Shown here: positions 23,571 through 39,494 of the stretch, piece by piece | Position numbering within the stretch: the stretch's first letter is position 1 | How the letters are laid out: each line of letters starts with the position of its first letter | Assembly (NCBI GenBank): GCA_012295275.1 | Contig: CM022679.1 | Span: 10,540,001 to 10,604,000, forward strand | Direction of reading: 5' to 3' | Length of the DNA stretch: 64,000 nt | Source of the DNA: Chrysomallon squamiferum | Lineage: Eukaryota > Animalia > Mollusca | Made by a program: the position numbers and the translations under genes | Notes under the pieces: generated by a model | What the model was told of the DNA's origin: nothing | The model's input: only the letters and a program-made list of their open reading frames with translations | Databases searched by the model: none

Positions 23571-24096
23571 CTGCTTCGGTCCTTGTTACAGATCTGTGTG
23601 GAAAACAAGGACGTACTTTTATTTTATCGAAATGGATTAAAAAAAAAAAAAAAAAAAAAAAAACCCAGTAATTTCACAACACTCGTTATTTTACTGAGAA
23701 TCGATATTAATTTGTTTATAAATAATCTTAAGTAATTGTTTTATTTTTTTATTATTATTATTTTTTTTTTTTTGTCGAGATTATTTCGTTGTTTTCCGTG
23801 AGATATTTGGTTCACTGGCCGATTAATTTGAATAAACACTGTTTTCAATCTCTCTTTCTTTGTAATTTCAATTAATGCTCTTGTTGTTTTTTTTTTTTCT
23901 TTATGGTAACTTTTTCTTGTTACTTCAGATAAATAAAGAAATAATAATAAAATTAAATAAATAAAAATTATTAAATTAAACTGCTATCTTCTTGGGCTTT
24001 TTTTTTTAACACACATCTGTTAGAAACATTTAAATTAATTTCTGTTTACGGTTTAATTTTGTTGAAAATTGTTATAGTACAAATTAATGCACAAAT

Positions 24097-24132
<36 letters not shown>

Positions 24133-24144
24133 TGTTTGTGTGTG

Positions 24145-24197
<53 letters not shown>

Positions 24198-26742
24198 CGT
24201 ACGGGGCATAATCATTACTATTCCATTTCTTGTCAACCAGTGTATTTTACTTTATATTTATAACCATTTTACCTTGTTATAAGTATATTACGTTTTGTAT
24301 GTAAATATCCTAATATACCTTAGACTACGGCCTGAGTCTAATAAAGTTTGTCCAGCTCAGTAACTGTTTTAACCACAAAGATTACATCACCTTTTCTTTT
24401 CTGAAACCGAGTCATATATGTGAAAAGCATGAAAAAATTGTTCTTTTATTCATATCTGTGTCACATTTCTGGAAAATCACCATCTGCCCCCTTAACTAAT
24501 TTATATATATATAAAGATAATCGATATAAAAAAAAAAAAAATGATATACCAATTACTATTTTACTATCTTTAAAAGCAAATTAAAAGGATAAACATTTGA
24601 GGAACTATTCTTCCTTTATAATGTCTGTCAAATATATATTCTTTCCTTTTGAGATAACATCAAACACGAAATGAATAAAATCACACACACACACACATAT
24701 TTACAGTTTGTCATTAACTTTTGTAAGTCTCTGAACAAATATAAAAAAGCAATCTGTTACTTTGTGTGACTTGATGTACTTTTCTGTACATAGAATATTT
24801 AGACAAACCGAGCAAATAAAAGTCCACTTGAAGACGTTTTATCCACTAAGATCAATTAACTTCTGTCAATAAACAGTGTTTGAAAATGGCCTGATCTCTT
24901 TCGTAGATGAAAAGGAAATGAGACGAAAAAGAACTTTTTTTCTTGTCCTGTTTTTTTTTCTTTAAAAAGAATAAACCCGTTATCTCTCTCTGTTTCAACA
25001 TTTGTATGTCTTTCGGTCTGTTTGTCTGTCTGTCTGTCTGTCTGTTCTCATTTATCTGTTCCTTTTAATTTTCTTTTTCATATATTCTCTTTCTATCATC
25101 TCTGTTTCTGTCTCCTTCTCTCTCTCACTGTTACATGATTCATTTAATCTTTCTTGATTTTCTGTATCATTCTGTCTATCTGAATTTTTTTTGTCTGACT
25201 GTCTGTCTCTGACAATATTCAAGCTTGTTCTGAGTTTTTTCTTTCTTGATTCATTTCACATTTCCATCTCATATAACATGTTTTTTATTTTTTTTTATAA
25301 ACATAACTTTGGCCTGTTCAAATAGTAATAATAAAAATTATATTATGAAAATACACAAACAAACAAACGAATGAACAAGCAAACAAACAAACAAACAAAC
25401 AAACAATTAAAACGAACAATCATAAACAAATAAATAAATAAAACAGAATTAAATTAAAATAAAATAAATTAAATTAAAAAAGTAAAAATATAAAATTTAA
25501 AAATGTTTAACACACACACACACCAGAATCTCAACCATTATCTAAAACTGACCTAAACATACCAATTAAAAAAAAACAAAAGAAAGTCTTTTAATGAGCA
25601 GGAAACAAATTTCTAAATAATTACAACAGCTTGACAACCCTGACGTCTTTGATAACCCACAACCTGACATCGGTGCTTACGCTGTTAACACTGAAATAGC
25701 ATCAGCGTGTTGGGAAACGATTAATTAATTTCTATGAATCGTATCGATTTGTAAGCTAGACGAGCAATCATTTTATCATCAGTAGGTGTAAAAGTGTGTA
25801 TTTAACTCGGTTAACGGTTATACGATGTGTTGAACGGTGTAATGGTATTTAAGATATTCCTGTTTGATTCGTCGTTTATCTCTGATGCAAGATCATTTCT
25901 GTTGTTCAGTGACGACTGACAGCAAAACACTGACAGGTCTTTTCATTGTGTAACAAAAGAAAGGTAGAGCTGGATTCATTTGTATTGTGCAGCCTTTTTT
26001 GTTACATAAATAACTATAAAACTGAATTCAGAAGTTATCAGGTAAAATGTTTCAAAATAATAGTTTTCGTTATAATTAGTTTTACTTTATTTTTTTATGC
26101 TTTTAATATTTTTGTCTACTTAATATGTCCATTAATCCATCCATCCATCCATCCATACATCTCTAAATCTGTCTTTCTTTCCATCGCCTATCTGCCTGTC
26201 TGTTTCTGTTTCTTTTTCTTTTCTAATTTCGATACTGAAAGGACATTAATCCATATTAGTCTTAGAAAGTACATTTTCATCAAAAACATTTCTGAAATAT
26301 TTCCTGAATCAAATAAAAAAAACCCAAATCAACATACTAGTACCGACAGAACTCAACCAGCCACACAGGCACTATCAACCCATTGATAGGTAATAAATCA
26401 CTGCAAGAATTTTTGTTCGCTGACATTTTTCTAATGCCGCTAATACTCTCTTAAAGATACACGAAGCAAAAATAAAAGTTTTTTTTTTTGTCTTGGCATG
26501 TTCCGTAGAAACACAGTGTCAAAGGAGAAATCTATGGCAATACATTTGTTATCCTCTTATTTTTTTCATTTCAAAAGTCACCTGAATTCTCAAATGGTTA
26601 TGAAAGAAGGATTGTCTCCGTGAAAGGGAAAAAAAAAATTGTTATTAACCTGAAAATCCTTCTATTGTACAATTTAAAAAAAAAAAAAGAAGAAGAAGAA
26701 AAAAAGCTGAATTGGGAATTGAGAGAATGCGTATGAGAAACA

Positions 26743-26822
<80 letters not shown>

Positions 26823-27237
26823 ACACCAGACTTTTTTATTTTTTTTTTTTTTTTTGTATGCAGTATTCATAATCATGGAGTTTTATTTAATCCGACTTGA
26901 CCTTAACTCCACACATTCGGAAAATTTCTTTATCAGCACGTTAATATGAACCATCGGCAGGTTTCAGCATGATCGGTCAATTGGGCAAATAGGCACAGTT
27001 TGAGCCTTAACGACAGGATTCACGGAAAGCACGATATGCACGATGTGGCACGTGCATCACGTGGGCGCACTTAATTATTTTAATGACGCTTACCGTTATG
27101 GTAAAAACAGTTTTACAGAAACCGTCACGAAACTGGCACGCATGAGCAATGAGAACCAACGCACGTCTAATACTCGGCTGCCTGTATCGAATTTTGTTGG
27201 TAATTATTATTATTATTATTGCTATTATTATTATTGC

Positions 27238-27278
<41 letters not shown>

Positions 27279-29047
27279 CGTAGAACATGGCTGTCTATAA
27301 ATTCCAATTAAACCTGTTTAAGACCTTGAGGACTGCGAGAGGACAGAGTCAGTCCATAGGGTTGATGGAGATCATTTTTTTCATTAGAGGCAGTCTGTCA
27401 ATTTCAGAAAACAATAAATAATCAACACTGCTATCTGTAAATGCCAATAAGTAGTTTATGAATCCCCGGGGAGAGGTGAGGGGATTGGGGGACGATAAGA
27501 GCGTCCTTGGAAAAAAAAAAAAAAAAAATCATAATGCAAATCAATATACTGAAAATTTATTTAATTTCGAAAACAATAAACCATTCATTCTTTTTTTTTT
27601 TTTTTAAAGTGTGGTGTATTTATAACCATAAACTTGAGAATAAGTATCGGTTTTCGGTTCTGTTTTGTGTGTTGATGACTGAAATACTACATATAATAGA
27701 AAATTATTAAAAAAAAAAGAAAAAAAAAAAAGAGTTCATTAATGATGAATATAATTAATGTTGTGTTGCCAGCAATTAAATCTAAAGATAGACTATACTC
27801 AGTACGGCGTCAGATATAATTTCTAATTAATTTTAAACTAGATCTGGATTCGTCGTGTGACAGTTGAGTGATTATTATAATTTTTATTAATAATTTACAC
27901 AAGTGTTGTAGTATTTAGTAAATTCAATAAAGTGCCAGTAATTTAGATTAATGACAACAACAACGACAACAATAATAACAGCAGCAGCAGCAACAACAAC
28001 AACAACAACAATAATAATGATATTACCAGTAGTAGTAGCGGTTGTAGTAATTATAATAATAATAATAGTAGTAGTTGCAGTCGTAGTAGTAGTAGTAGTA
28101 ATAATTGTATTAATAATAATGATAATAATAATAATTGTAGTGCTATTAATATTTGTATAGCAGTGATGATATGGGTACTTGAAGTGGAGCATTAAGAGTA
28201 GTGGAAATAACAGTAATGTTTACTAATAGAAGTAGCATTAGTAAAAGTCTTAAAGATAAAACTGTAGATTTATTCTAATACATAAACCGCAGAACGTGTA
28301 TGATTATATTAAGGATTTTAACGGTGAGTTTTGGGGCCTTTTTGTTTTCACAAAAACGCCATTCATCGTCTATCAGCATATAATCCAAATTAATAATAAA
28401 ATAATTACATGCTTCTGTAGAACGATTTCGTCGTTAATTTCCTTTATTTAAATGTGATGTTATTAAATTACAAGTTACGTACATTCGTAGGTTACAGGCC
28501 AGCATTGACAATAGGATTCCTGGAGACATTTTCAAGATCAGATTTAAGAAAATCTATAAAACTTGTTACGTTTGATGACTATGTTGAGATCTGTAATTTA
28601 CCACACAGAAAATGGATAATTTCTAACCGAGAGACCAAAGCTGGAAGACGTTTATAACCTAAACTGCGTATTAAATACAATGATGATAATAATTATTATT
28701 ACAATAAATATTGTTTATGTATATATATACATTTGTTCCCCCATACAGAGGCTTGATAAGTCCTGGATATTTAACATGTTTTTAATGCCAGTTATTTTTT
28801 TTAGGGAAAATAACAGATTATTATACAAAAGTAAACAGAAAAAGAAGATAATAAATAAAAATAATGAATAATGTGTATCAGAACTAAATATGATTTAAGA
28901 AAGAATTTAAGAAAAGAAGCCAGAATCGTTGACAAAAACAAGAACAAGAAGAAAACCCCTTTGTTTTAATGTTTGAAAGAAAATAAAGCAATAAGAATAT
29001 ATATTTTATGATGTTTAATCTAATAATAATTATGATTTGCTAAAAAA

Positions 29048-29083
<36 letters not shown>

Positions 29084-31340
29084 AAAAAAAGAAAAGAAAG
29101 AAAAATACCCCAAGAAACAAACAAACAAAAGAGAACGAAACAAAACAAAAAACAACCCAAAACAACAACACAGAAAATAAACAACCCTCCAAACAAAACA
29201 ATAGCTAAAAAAAAGTAACGTAAAATGTACACTAATTCAAAGATAAACACTCAAATATTGCAGAAGATATATTTATCTCCAAACTATGAATCTTTTTTTT
29301 TTGTTCGCTTTTTTCTCTTTCATCAAGTAACTCAATACCAAAGTTCACTAAGATATTCCTCCATTGCGTAAAATCTTCAAACAATCTTCGCAGTCTTTTT
29401 CTTTCGCTTTGGACAGAGATGCAATCTTCTAACGTAATTTCCAGTGAAAATTTACTTGCACAAAACGTACTATTACGGTTTTCGTGACGGGAATTTTGAT
29501 GCTTAAATGTTGATATTCCGTTAGTGTTGAAGAATCCAGAAGCAAAGATAAAAACTACAGCGAAGACGAAATTCTCGAACCGGAGACTGAAGATTACGAA
29601 ATTACCCATTTAGCTACAGTGCACTTCAGTATGACAACAAGCATGGTTTAGGTTCGATAATTAGTATTTGAAGGATTCCAATGTCGTCACACTGTATTTT
29701 TTGTTTATTTTCAGAGCAAGGTCGTCTGTATGATTTAACCTACACAATAATCAACCAGACAGCTTTAATCTGTTGCATGTGACGTATATGATATTGGTCT
29801 GTGAATAAAGAATTGGCATTTTTGTCATGTGTTTCATGTATATAAATAATTGTACCAAGGAATGCGAAAGAAGCCTTTTTTGTTTTACATGACCGAGTTC
29901 TACACGCTTGAATAACAATATAAATAAACGAAAATAATAAATAAATAATAAATTTATAAGTAAATGAAAAACAATGCCATACACTATTCAAATAATAATG
30001 AATGATGTTGATGATGATGATGACGCTGACAATAATGATGATAAATAAAACTGATAATAACAGTGAACAATGGAGAGAGCCAAGACCCGGTTTCTTTATC
30101 ACTTTGAAAATCGTAACCACGCATCAATAAGAAAAAGCCAGTATATTAAATGAACACATGCTTTTTAATAACGACATTTAGATTTAAGACACAACAACTG
30201 GCAGTTCTAGACAGACAACCAGATAAAATCATAATCTGTCGATATATACAACAAGGCCACAAGACACACAAATATATAACATAACAGGTGGACAAACAGA
30301 CCTTACACCAACTCCCAACTCTCCTAATTTACAATCACTTAAACAAAAAAAAAGGTCTTTGAAAATTTAAGCTATTACGAATTGCTGCTACATAACCCAC
30401 CTATAAGTATTTAACACAACGGTCGTAAACAAGGAAGGTTTTCATGTCTCGGATTAATTACCTTCTTTTATCCTTTATTGCCAAAATATCTTTTATATTC
30501 AGGAAAGCACAAACAGCACAGCGTTTGAGGCGATAGCAATAACGAGAAATCGGGCAACGCGCACGCTAAGGAACTGATCTCGCCGTCTCGTTCTCTGCAC
30601 GAATTACAGCCCACGTCTGTATATCACTATTTACGCTATAGATCTTAAATGGCAATAATATATTTGTTTGAAAATTTTATATGTATATACCAGGTTGTTA
30701 ACCGATATGACTGCGACATTAATGTCGACGTTCTCTAAATTGGTGTCGTCGTCCTGATGGTTAAACATAACAGGTACATGATCACACACGACTTCGTACC
30801 AGATACATACTTCTATAATCGTGTCTGCCGCGGGAGACAATTACAAAGAAATCTAGCAACTGTTGGATGATAATAAAGTTTCTGTCCTCTGGATCTTTCA
30901 GAACAATTAACATGAAAACATTGTTAACTGCTCCGAGATTTGCCTCCCGACATGACTAGATTATGTTCCCACTTTGTTGTTAATCTCGGGACATGCTACC
31001 CACATGAAGAAACTACGGCATTGATGGCCTTGTCACATGCGACATACGTCAACAGGGTTTGGCTTATTCCTGGAATGATGTTGGCGGTAAACCTCAGTTT
31101 TGTTTCACGTGTCTGATAAAGTTATATATTCGCAGTGGTAGTAGTAATAGTAGTACTGGTGGTGGTAGTGGTAGTAATAATAATAAGAAGAAAGAAACAG
31201 AAGCCCAATATTAGGAAAATCATTCTACAACTACTACTGTTACTACAATTACTACAACCACCATTAATTCTTCTTCTTCTTCTACTTCTCCTCCTCCTCC
31301 TCCTCCTCCTTCTCCTTCTCCTTCTCCTTCTCCTTCTTCA

Positions 31341-31371
<31 letters not shown>

Positions 31372-32140
31372 GAATCTTCTGCTACTACTTCTACTACTAT
31401 TACTGCTGCTACTACTACTTCTACTACTTCTACCTTGTCTACCGTTTCTACTATTATACTACTTTTGTCATTAATATTACCACAGTAACGAGAACGTCAT
31501 TTATTGTCAACACATCTTTTATTTTTCTTCTACTTACAGAATTTCGCTTCCTCTTAATAACACCTTCAGTGCTGGTACTTTCCCTATTACAACATAGACG
31601 ATCAATAGTACTACCACTGCTACTACGACTCATACTATAATAGACATCTCAGATGAGAATATATTTTAACCAAAAGGACAAACATCTAAAAAAACAAAAT
31701 CTAAAAAAAACAAAAAAAACAACACATTTGTATCATCTTCTATTCTGTTCACATTTAATTTAATTACAACCTTTTTTGTTATCGACATTAATTAATTTAA
31801 ACCTTTTAATTCTAAAATGAATTTAGATCAAATATCTAATAAAACATTTCGTGTTGGAAATTCTAACTGAAATGAACTGAATTTAGAAATGTTAAAACGT
31901 AATATACCTAATTTACTTCGAATTCTTTTTTTTTTTTTTTTTTGTTTGTCTTTTTTTTTGAAATGTGAATGCTTCTTCTGCTGCAATTAAATTCTTTTGA
32001 GCCTTTGCAGTCAAGCTGAGATCAATCGCTATTTTTACAAGCTTAATGCAAAGTAGTTGAAGGGCGAAACGTAAATAGCTGTTGGTAATACACAGTATCG
32101 TAATTTGTGCTAATGAGATACCGAGTTTAGAAAGACCATA

Positions 32141-32680
<540 letters not shown>

Positions 32681-33086
32681 TTTGCCAATCTTTCTCATAC
32701 GATTTGTTAAAAGATATATAACCAAATCCATGACATTACATTAATACGATCTTTAAGTATGATTTTCAGAATAAATAAATCATTAGATTCAGTAACTTGT
32801 TGCAAGATTTATCACGTTTTCCACCGGTTCGGTGTAAATTAAAGTTGTGAGATAATGTAGTTTTGAAACTGATATGTAGATGTACAGATTCTTTAAACAG
32901 AGGCCAATAATATCGTCTGGAATTACTGCACAGAGTTTATTGCAGCAAGTTTTGAAATTAATACTAGAAATTAGAGCAGTCGATGTAATTTTGAAGCAAT
33001 AAAACCCCCTCAAAATTCAACTTTCTTTAGTAAATATTAGACGTTGTAGTTAAAGTCTTCTATAAATAAAGTTGTTAATCGCACTA

Positions 33087-33417
33087 CAGTCGACCCCCCA
33101 TTTAGCGGACTACCAGGGGGGATGCGTATGGAAAATACAAAATCCGGATTTTCCGACGGGATGTTAGAAATGGCACTGCTATTAATAATGACAATGTTGA
33201 ATAACACAGAAAACTAAATTTACTTAAAATTCACAGTTTTTACTTACCCTGAATGGCAGCAGAAATCGTAGTTTGTTTTGTCGTAATCATAAATTGGGAA
33301 CTGTAAATATTTACTCCGAGTCAACAGAGTTTCGGCAACATTCGTATTTTTCCCTGATTTTGTCCAGATTTTTACGAAATCCGGAAAATAAGGTTCCGTT
33401 AAATGGAGGGTCCAGTG
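33087..33417. mobile_element. pogo/Tigger-like MITE, 331 bp, TA TSD
   Basis: ta|cagtcgaccccccatttagcgga ... tccgttaaatggagggtccagtg|ta. 23-bp TIR with 4 mismatches; no transposase. Confidence 0.8.
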
Positions 33418-33639
33418 TATCTTAACGTAACGTGCAAAGTGAACTTGGAGATTCTCTTTTAAAATACTCTGGTAAAAGATATTTCTGACGGAGTTATCTA
33501 GTACGAAGAATCTCATATTTCAGATGCTGATATTTTTAGATTTTCGTACGAAGAAACTGTATAAGATAGTTTTTATAGATAGTGTCATGAAAGCCGTTAA
33601 CAGTCGCACTTCATATAATATTTATTTTTCTTTGACTAT

Positions 33640-33752
<113 letters not shown>

Positions 33753-34025
33753 GTCTGTCTGTCTTTTTCAGCGTCTCTGTTTATTCAGATACTTTTACAA
33801 TTTTTTTTATAACTTTAAAGAGTATTGTATGTTTTAGTCTCTCCAATTTCAAGTATTAAGAATACTGTTTCTTATACGTCTATCAGAATGTATCATTCAA
33901 TTTATTTTTATTTTATTTGTTACAGTGTATTTAATATAATTACAAAATTCGTAGAGATAAGTAATGAAGTAAGTCTGTGTTTTGTTATCGAACTATTTGG
34001 TCTTAATAACAACAACAACAACAAC

Positions 34026-34056
<31 letters not shown>

Positions 34057-34748
34057 TGTGCTAAATGTGGCTGAAACAATTATTTACGGAAAGATTCATT
34101 GTATCTATCACAGAGAATGGTTTTACACTGACGCAAGGAAATGCTATTATAAAGAATTATGTCCCTCTTGAACAACGGGTTTAATCAAGGGCTTGTTTTA
34201 GTACTGAGATCAATCTAACAAGCAAATATATACGAATGTTTATTTTTGTTAATAAAGAGTTCAAAAACATGGTTTCATTTACAACGTAAAATTGCAATGT
34301 TGTGATAAACGTAGATATATCTCTGTCTGTGTGACAAGCTTCATTTGCTTTCATCTTTGGGATAATTTAATCCGTCGCCAGAAACAAGCAGAGAATTATC
34401 GTCTGAAGGCTCCGATGTTAATTGAATCCTAGAAAAGTAACATTTTTATTAGTTAATTCGAACAGATCAATAGAGCGCGATAGACTAATAAGGATTTATG
34501 TGTAAATGAATTGGGTGAACGAGACGATAGCAAAACCTGATATCTCATGTGAAATATGAACATAATAATGTCATAACAGAATAGAAGTTTTCATACATCT
34601 GATAATAATAATAATGATAATAATAATAATAATAATTTTGATGATAATGATGATGATGACGACGATAATAGCAACAACTTAAGTTTTAATTTAGTTAATA
34701 ATAAATATAATGGCAACAGCAACGACAACAAAACAAAACAAAACATCA

Positions 34749-34783
<35 letters not shown>

Positions 34784-35912
34784 TAAATAATAATAATAAT
34801 AATAAATAATGATACTAATAATAATAATAATAACAATAATAATAATAATAAATAATGATACTAATAATAATAATAATTAATAATAATAATAATATCAAAT
34901 TTTCCTCTCTTTATTATTTCTTACATATACTTCTTTATTATTATAACCATTATATTAATATCAGTTTAATATCCTTTAAGTTACTTGATTCAGTATTCGC
35001 ACTGCTTTTCTTGGACATCAACTATTAACAATTTTACTCGGAACTTGAAAAAAAAAGAAGAGAAAAAAAAACAACTCTCGTTTATTTTGGAATGTAAATC
35101 ATTTTTTAAAATGGTATCTCAACACATATATAGATATCTACTATACAAACAGTAACTGTAAATTCTGACGCTATTCATGTAAATTAATGATGACAAGGTG
35201 CAAGATTTGTGATGACAAGACTATCGCAAGTGTTTAATTTAGATTAATGAATCAGACTTATTAAATTTCTTATCGGTAGCTTTACTCAAATTCACCATGC
35301 TTTATTCGGATCCTATTTTTAGTACCTTTTTTTTATTTTGTTTTTAATCTTTATAATTAATTTAATTCCATGTTTAAAAGTACATCCACAGAGTTCATTC
35401 TGTCTAATATTATGAAAATACCCTTGTGCAAAATGAAAACAAGAGTCACCAGATGTATCAAGAACATTTATCATGTAGCGACAAAAATACACATATTTAC
35501 CCATCATTTTTGTGTTCTGTTCTTCTTCTCCTTTGGCTTCCTCCTTGAAGACATCCCTGGCGTTGATAATCAGCCAAAATCTATCAGAGAAATCATTAAT
35601 AAAAAATGTCAGTCCGAAAAGCAAATCTTTGCTTTCAGACAGCCAAAGTATTTATGGTTGTATATATACATATCAGATTTTATGTTTAATATATCAATGC
35701 CGTAAGCTTAGATTTCCAAAATACGAATACTAAAGTATTATAGACTGCAGTCTGTCAGCAGCACTGAGAGACATACGGACATAGATATATACATATAAGC
35801 ATGCATACAGGCTGATAGATAAATGAAATAATAATTAAATCTATAGATAGATAGATAGATAGACAGAGAGAGAGAAAAAAAAGACATATATATATATATA
35901 TATATATATATA

Positions 35913-36125
35913 CGCAATAAAGTCACTATACAGTGACTTCAATAACAATTAAGACAAAGCAATTAATCAACAGTCCAGACATTTATTATTAAAAATGGTT
36001 CTGGTTAATTCTGGTTAATAACAATAAAATGCTACGGTAAAAAATAGTAAATTAATTATTTTTTTCTAATTTTGATTGGCTTTTTTTATCATAAGTAACT
36101 GTATAGTGACTTTATTGCCACCCTG
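35913..36125. mobile_element. Tc1/mariner-type MITE, ~213 bp, inserted in (TA)n
   Basis: gcaataaagtcactatacagtgactt vs the reverse complement of aagtaactgtatagtgactttattgc (25/26). Right end ...gccaccctg|ta; the left end lacks agggtg. Confidence 0.85.
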
Positions 36126-36969
36126 TATATATTTAGATATGAAGATGTAAAAAGAGAGAGAGAGAGAGATAGACGGATCGATAAAGAGAAAAATGTCTGT
36201 CTCGTTTTAACAAATCATTAACTTCTAATACAGAATACTGACACAAAAACAGAAATATTCAAACCAATAAACTGTATTTATTACTGACATAATATAAAAT
36301 GATTTTTGACATTGATCTATGCTGAATAAAAATATAAAGGCTAATGTTTAATAAAATTGTTATTAAATAATATAATCAACTGAATAAAGGTACAAAGCAA
36401 GATAGCATGTTAAAAAACAAGATCTAATACAAAAGTGGGGTTTTTTTTTAAATGTTCACGGACTATTTAGAAATCCGAGTATTCAGGAGAGAGTGTATGA
36501 CATGGAATTTTAGATATGCATGTTATTAGCTTAGTTTTGTCAAAATAAAAACACAAAACAAACAGTTATTAGCGTATTGCTGCTTTTCTCCAGTAGCTAT
36601 GTCAACATTAACGTTTACCCAGTGTAGAAGATCTGTTTGAAGACGATTGTTAACAGTTAGGTCAGATACCATTTCACGCGCGTTTTACATGCATCCATAA
36701 ACAATTCCAAGAAGGTTTTATTGTGTCTGGAATTTACAAATGGCACACCAAGAACTCGATCAGCATATTTGTCGGCTGAATGGTTCTTGTGAGCAAAGGA
36801 AATGACCAGGAACGTTATTCGTAATTGACATAGGGGTGTTCAGAGAGTTTGTTAGCGCCTTTGTGTAGATATAAATATAAAACTTTGAAATGGGCTCCAG
36901 CAACAGGACACGTTCCGATATTTCCTAGATTGACTCCTTTGGGCCCAAAATGATGTAAATTTGGTAGTA

Positions 36970-37309
36970 CTGGTACCGGACCAATTATCCGGAATCAGTC
37001 GGGGCCGGAGGCGTTCCTGATTTATGGATTTTCCGGTTTTCTGGTACCAAGGCATCTAAATACGTAAATAATTAGGCATAAACATTTTAAAATTAAAAAC
37101 ATAAAGAGAATTGACGATACACAACTGTGGCGACTCGATACGTAACCAATGCGGCGAGTGAATGAACGCCACGCGGCTTGAAAGAGTAGTTCCGGTCTGA
37201 TGAGTACAATACCCATGAGCGTGAACATTGAAAATAGCGTCGGAAAAAAAACATCCGGTTTTCTGGTATTTCCGGATTTCCGGACGCCGGATAATTGGTC
37301 CGGTACCTG
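36970..37309. mobile_element. Tc1/mariner-pogo-type MITE, 340 bp, TA TSD, GC-rich
   Basis: ta|ctggtaccggaccaattatccgg ... ccggataattggtccggtacctg|ta. 23-bp TIR with 1 mismatch; internal repeat tccggttttctggta occurs twice. Confidence 0.9.
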
Positions 37310-37335
37310 TAATTGGTGCACTCTGTTATTTTTGT

Positions 37336-37366
<31 letters not shown>

Positions 37367-38394
37367 TTGTAAGAGAGGATTTTATGTTATCAACAGGTCT
37401 TAGAAATGCGAATCAAAGTTTATCTTAGTAAAACAATTGCACGAAGTGGACCAAAGAATTATTTTCAAAAATTATGGACAGACATTGTTTTTTGTTCCCT
37501 TTGTCTTTCATGTCAAGGAAATGATACATGGCAAGGGATTTAAAAAATAATTCGAAATAAAATAAAATAAAATCCCCAAAAAACCTTAAATACATTTTAT
37601 CAGATTATTCGCTTTCTTACAATGTTCAGTATATTAATTAATAGTGAATATCTAAGCCTCTAACTACGGCAGTGTGATAATAAAAAACAAAATCTAAATT
37701 TTTTGTTAAACAATTTCACTGACAGCTTGATTAACCAGTTTTAGTTTTGTATATTGGTTCAGGAAACATGACAATAAAATGGTCCTTGTTAATTTGATAA
37801 AATTTGCCGGTCGTTTCATAACCTAAGTGAACTCAAATAAACTCTGTGATGCTGTCCCTAATTCCATGAAAATTAGATGAGTTATTTTGAATACTCCTTG
37901 CTGAGAACATACAGAACATGTAATTTCTTTTTATGTTGTTTGTTGTTTGTTTGTTTGTTTTTTATTTAGTAATGTTGCATAATATTTTATCTCGACGTTT
38001 AACTTCAATTACTCTTGATTTTTAAACGCACTGGTTATTCTAATATTTGTGAAAAAAAAAAACAGAAAATAAAAACAAATTCGGAATATCCGGAAAATGC
38101 AGAAATTTTGAAACTGCATTTCTTTTTGGCTTTAATATTTTCTCTTCCTTGTTCACGACAATATTTTTATGTTTAATAATAATAATAAGATTGATTTTCA
38201 CTGTGGGAAGAGAAAATTTTCTTTTTTTTTTTTTTTTTTGCGAGAACGAAAATAAAATTTAATTAGCATGTTTCTTTTGCAGTTCATTTAAAAGCATTAT
38301 TACAGTTTCTAAATGCAACAGGCATGCAAGATTATTCTCCGTTATTACACAGGCAGTCAGGTACAAACTGCCAGCGAAAATCACTAAAAGTCCT

Positions 38395-38499
<105 letters not shown>

Positions 38500-38883
38500 A
38501 GATTAACAAAATCTTCATATAAATTATTTAATAATATGGAATAACTTGAAATCCGGAGAAAAAATTAATTCATTAACTGAAAAAGGCTGCACAAATTTAA
38601 TATTACCAAATTCCCACAATATTTTCAGAATTCAAAACTAATTTCTAATCTGTTTTTCATATTTTTCCCGAAACGTTTTTACTTTAATTTTGCATTTTCT
38701 ATGAATTTTCCATGTATAATTACAAACATTCTACAGATCCATTAAACAAAAAAACAAAAAAAATAGATAAATTAAAAAACTAAGAACAAAAAAATAAATA
38801 AATAATAAATAAATAATAATGATAATAAGAAGAAAAAGAAGACGAAGTAGAAATATGAAATAAGAAAGAAAAAAGAAACTCTC

Positions 38884-39215
38884 TTCTAAAGATTTACGCA
38901 AAACGTTAAACGTTTTCTAACGATCCACGCAAAACATCAAGTACTTTCTAAAGATCAATGTATAATAAAGCGCTTTCTAAAAAGCCATCAAAAAACCGTT
39001 AGTATTTTCTGAACATCTGTGCAAAACTGCAACAATATTCTACAGTTCCATAAAAAAAAAAAATGCAAAAAATACCTAAAGAAACACAAAACTTTAATCA
39101 TATTCTAAGCATCCATAACAAAACTGGAAGTATATTCTAAAGAGCCAAGCAAATCTTCGAGCATTTTTTTTTAAATATCGCGCACGTTTTTCTAAAAAAC
39201 CTTGCAATACTTCTA
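38884..39215. repeat. Degenerate ~31-bp minisatellite
   Basis: ttct(aa).gat...gcaaaac units at 38884, 38915, 38946, 38975, 39007 and 39038, continuing more weakly. Confidence 0.7.
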
Positions 39216-39494
39216 ACGTTAAAAGAAAATCCTGCTGACGCTGTAGTATACTGTAACGTATGCAAAAATCTTTACAAGTCTTTTGACTTGCATGGCACGT
39301 TAATCTAGCATTTCCAGAGATCACTGGTTATTGCGGCTGTCCGGAAACAGACATGCCTTGCTATGATTAATGACATCTAACGCGTCAAGTGATGAAAACA
39401 AAGATATTAAATATCGAAGGATTCATCGATTGTGAACGTTTCAAATACATACTTCTAGTCTTGTGTGTGGATCTGGTTTAGACTGTTTAGTAGT

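Noticed and set aside
38884-39215. Regularly spaced ~31-bp units resembling a CRISPR array
   Set aside because: A degenerate tandem repeat without conserved repeat/unique spacer structure, in eukaryotic DNA with no cas genes.
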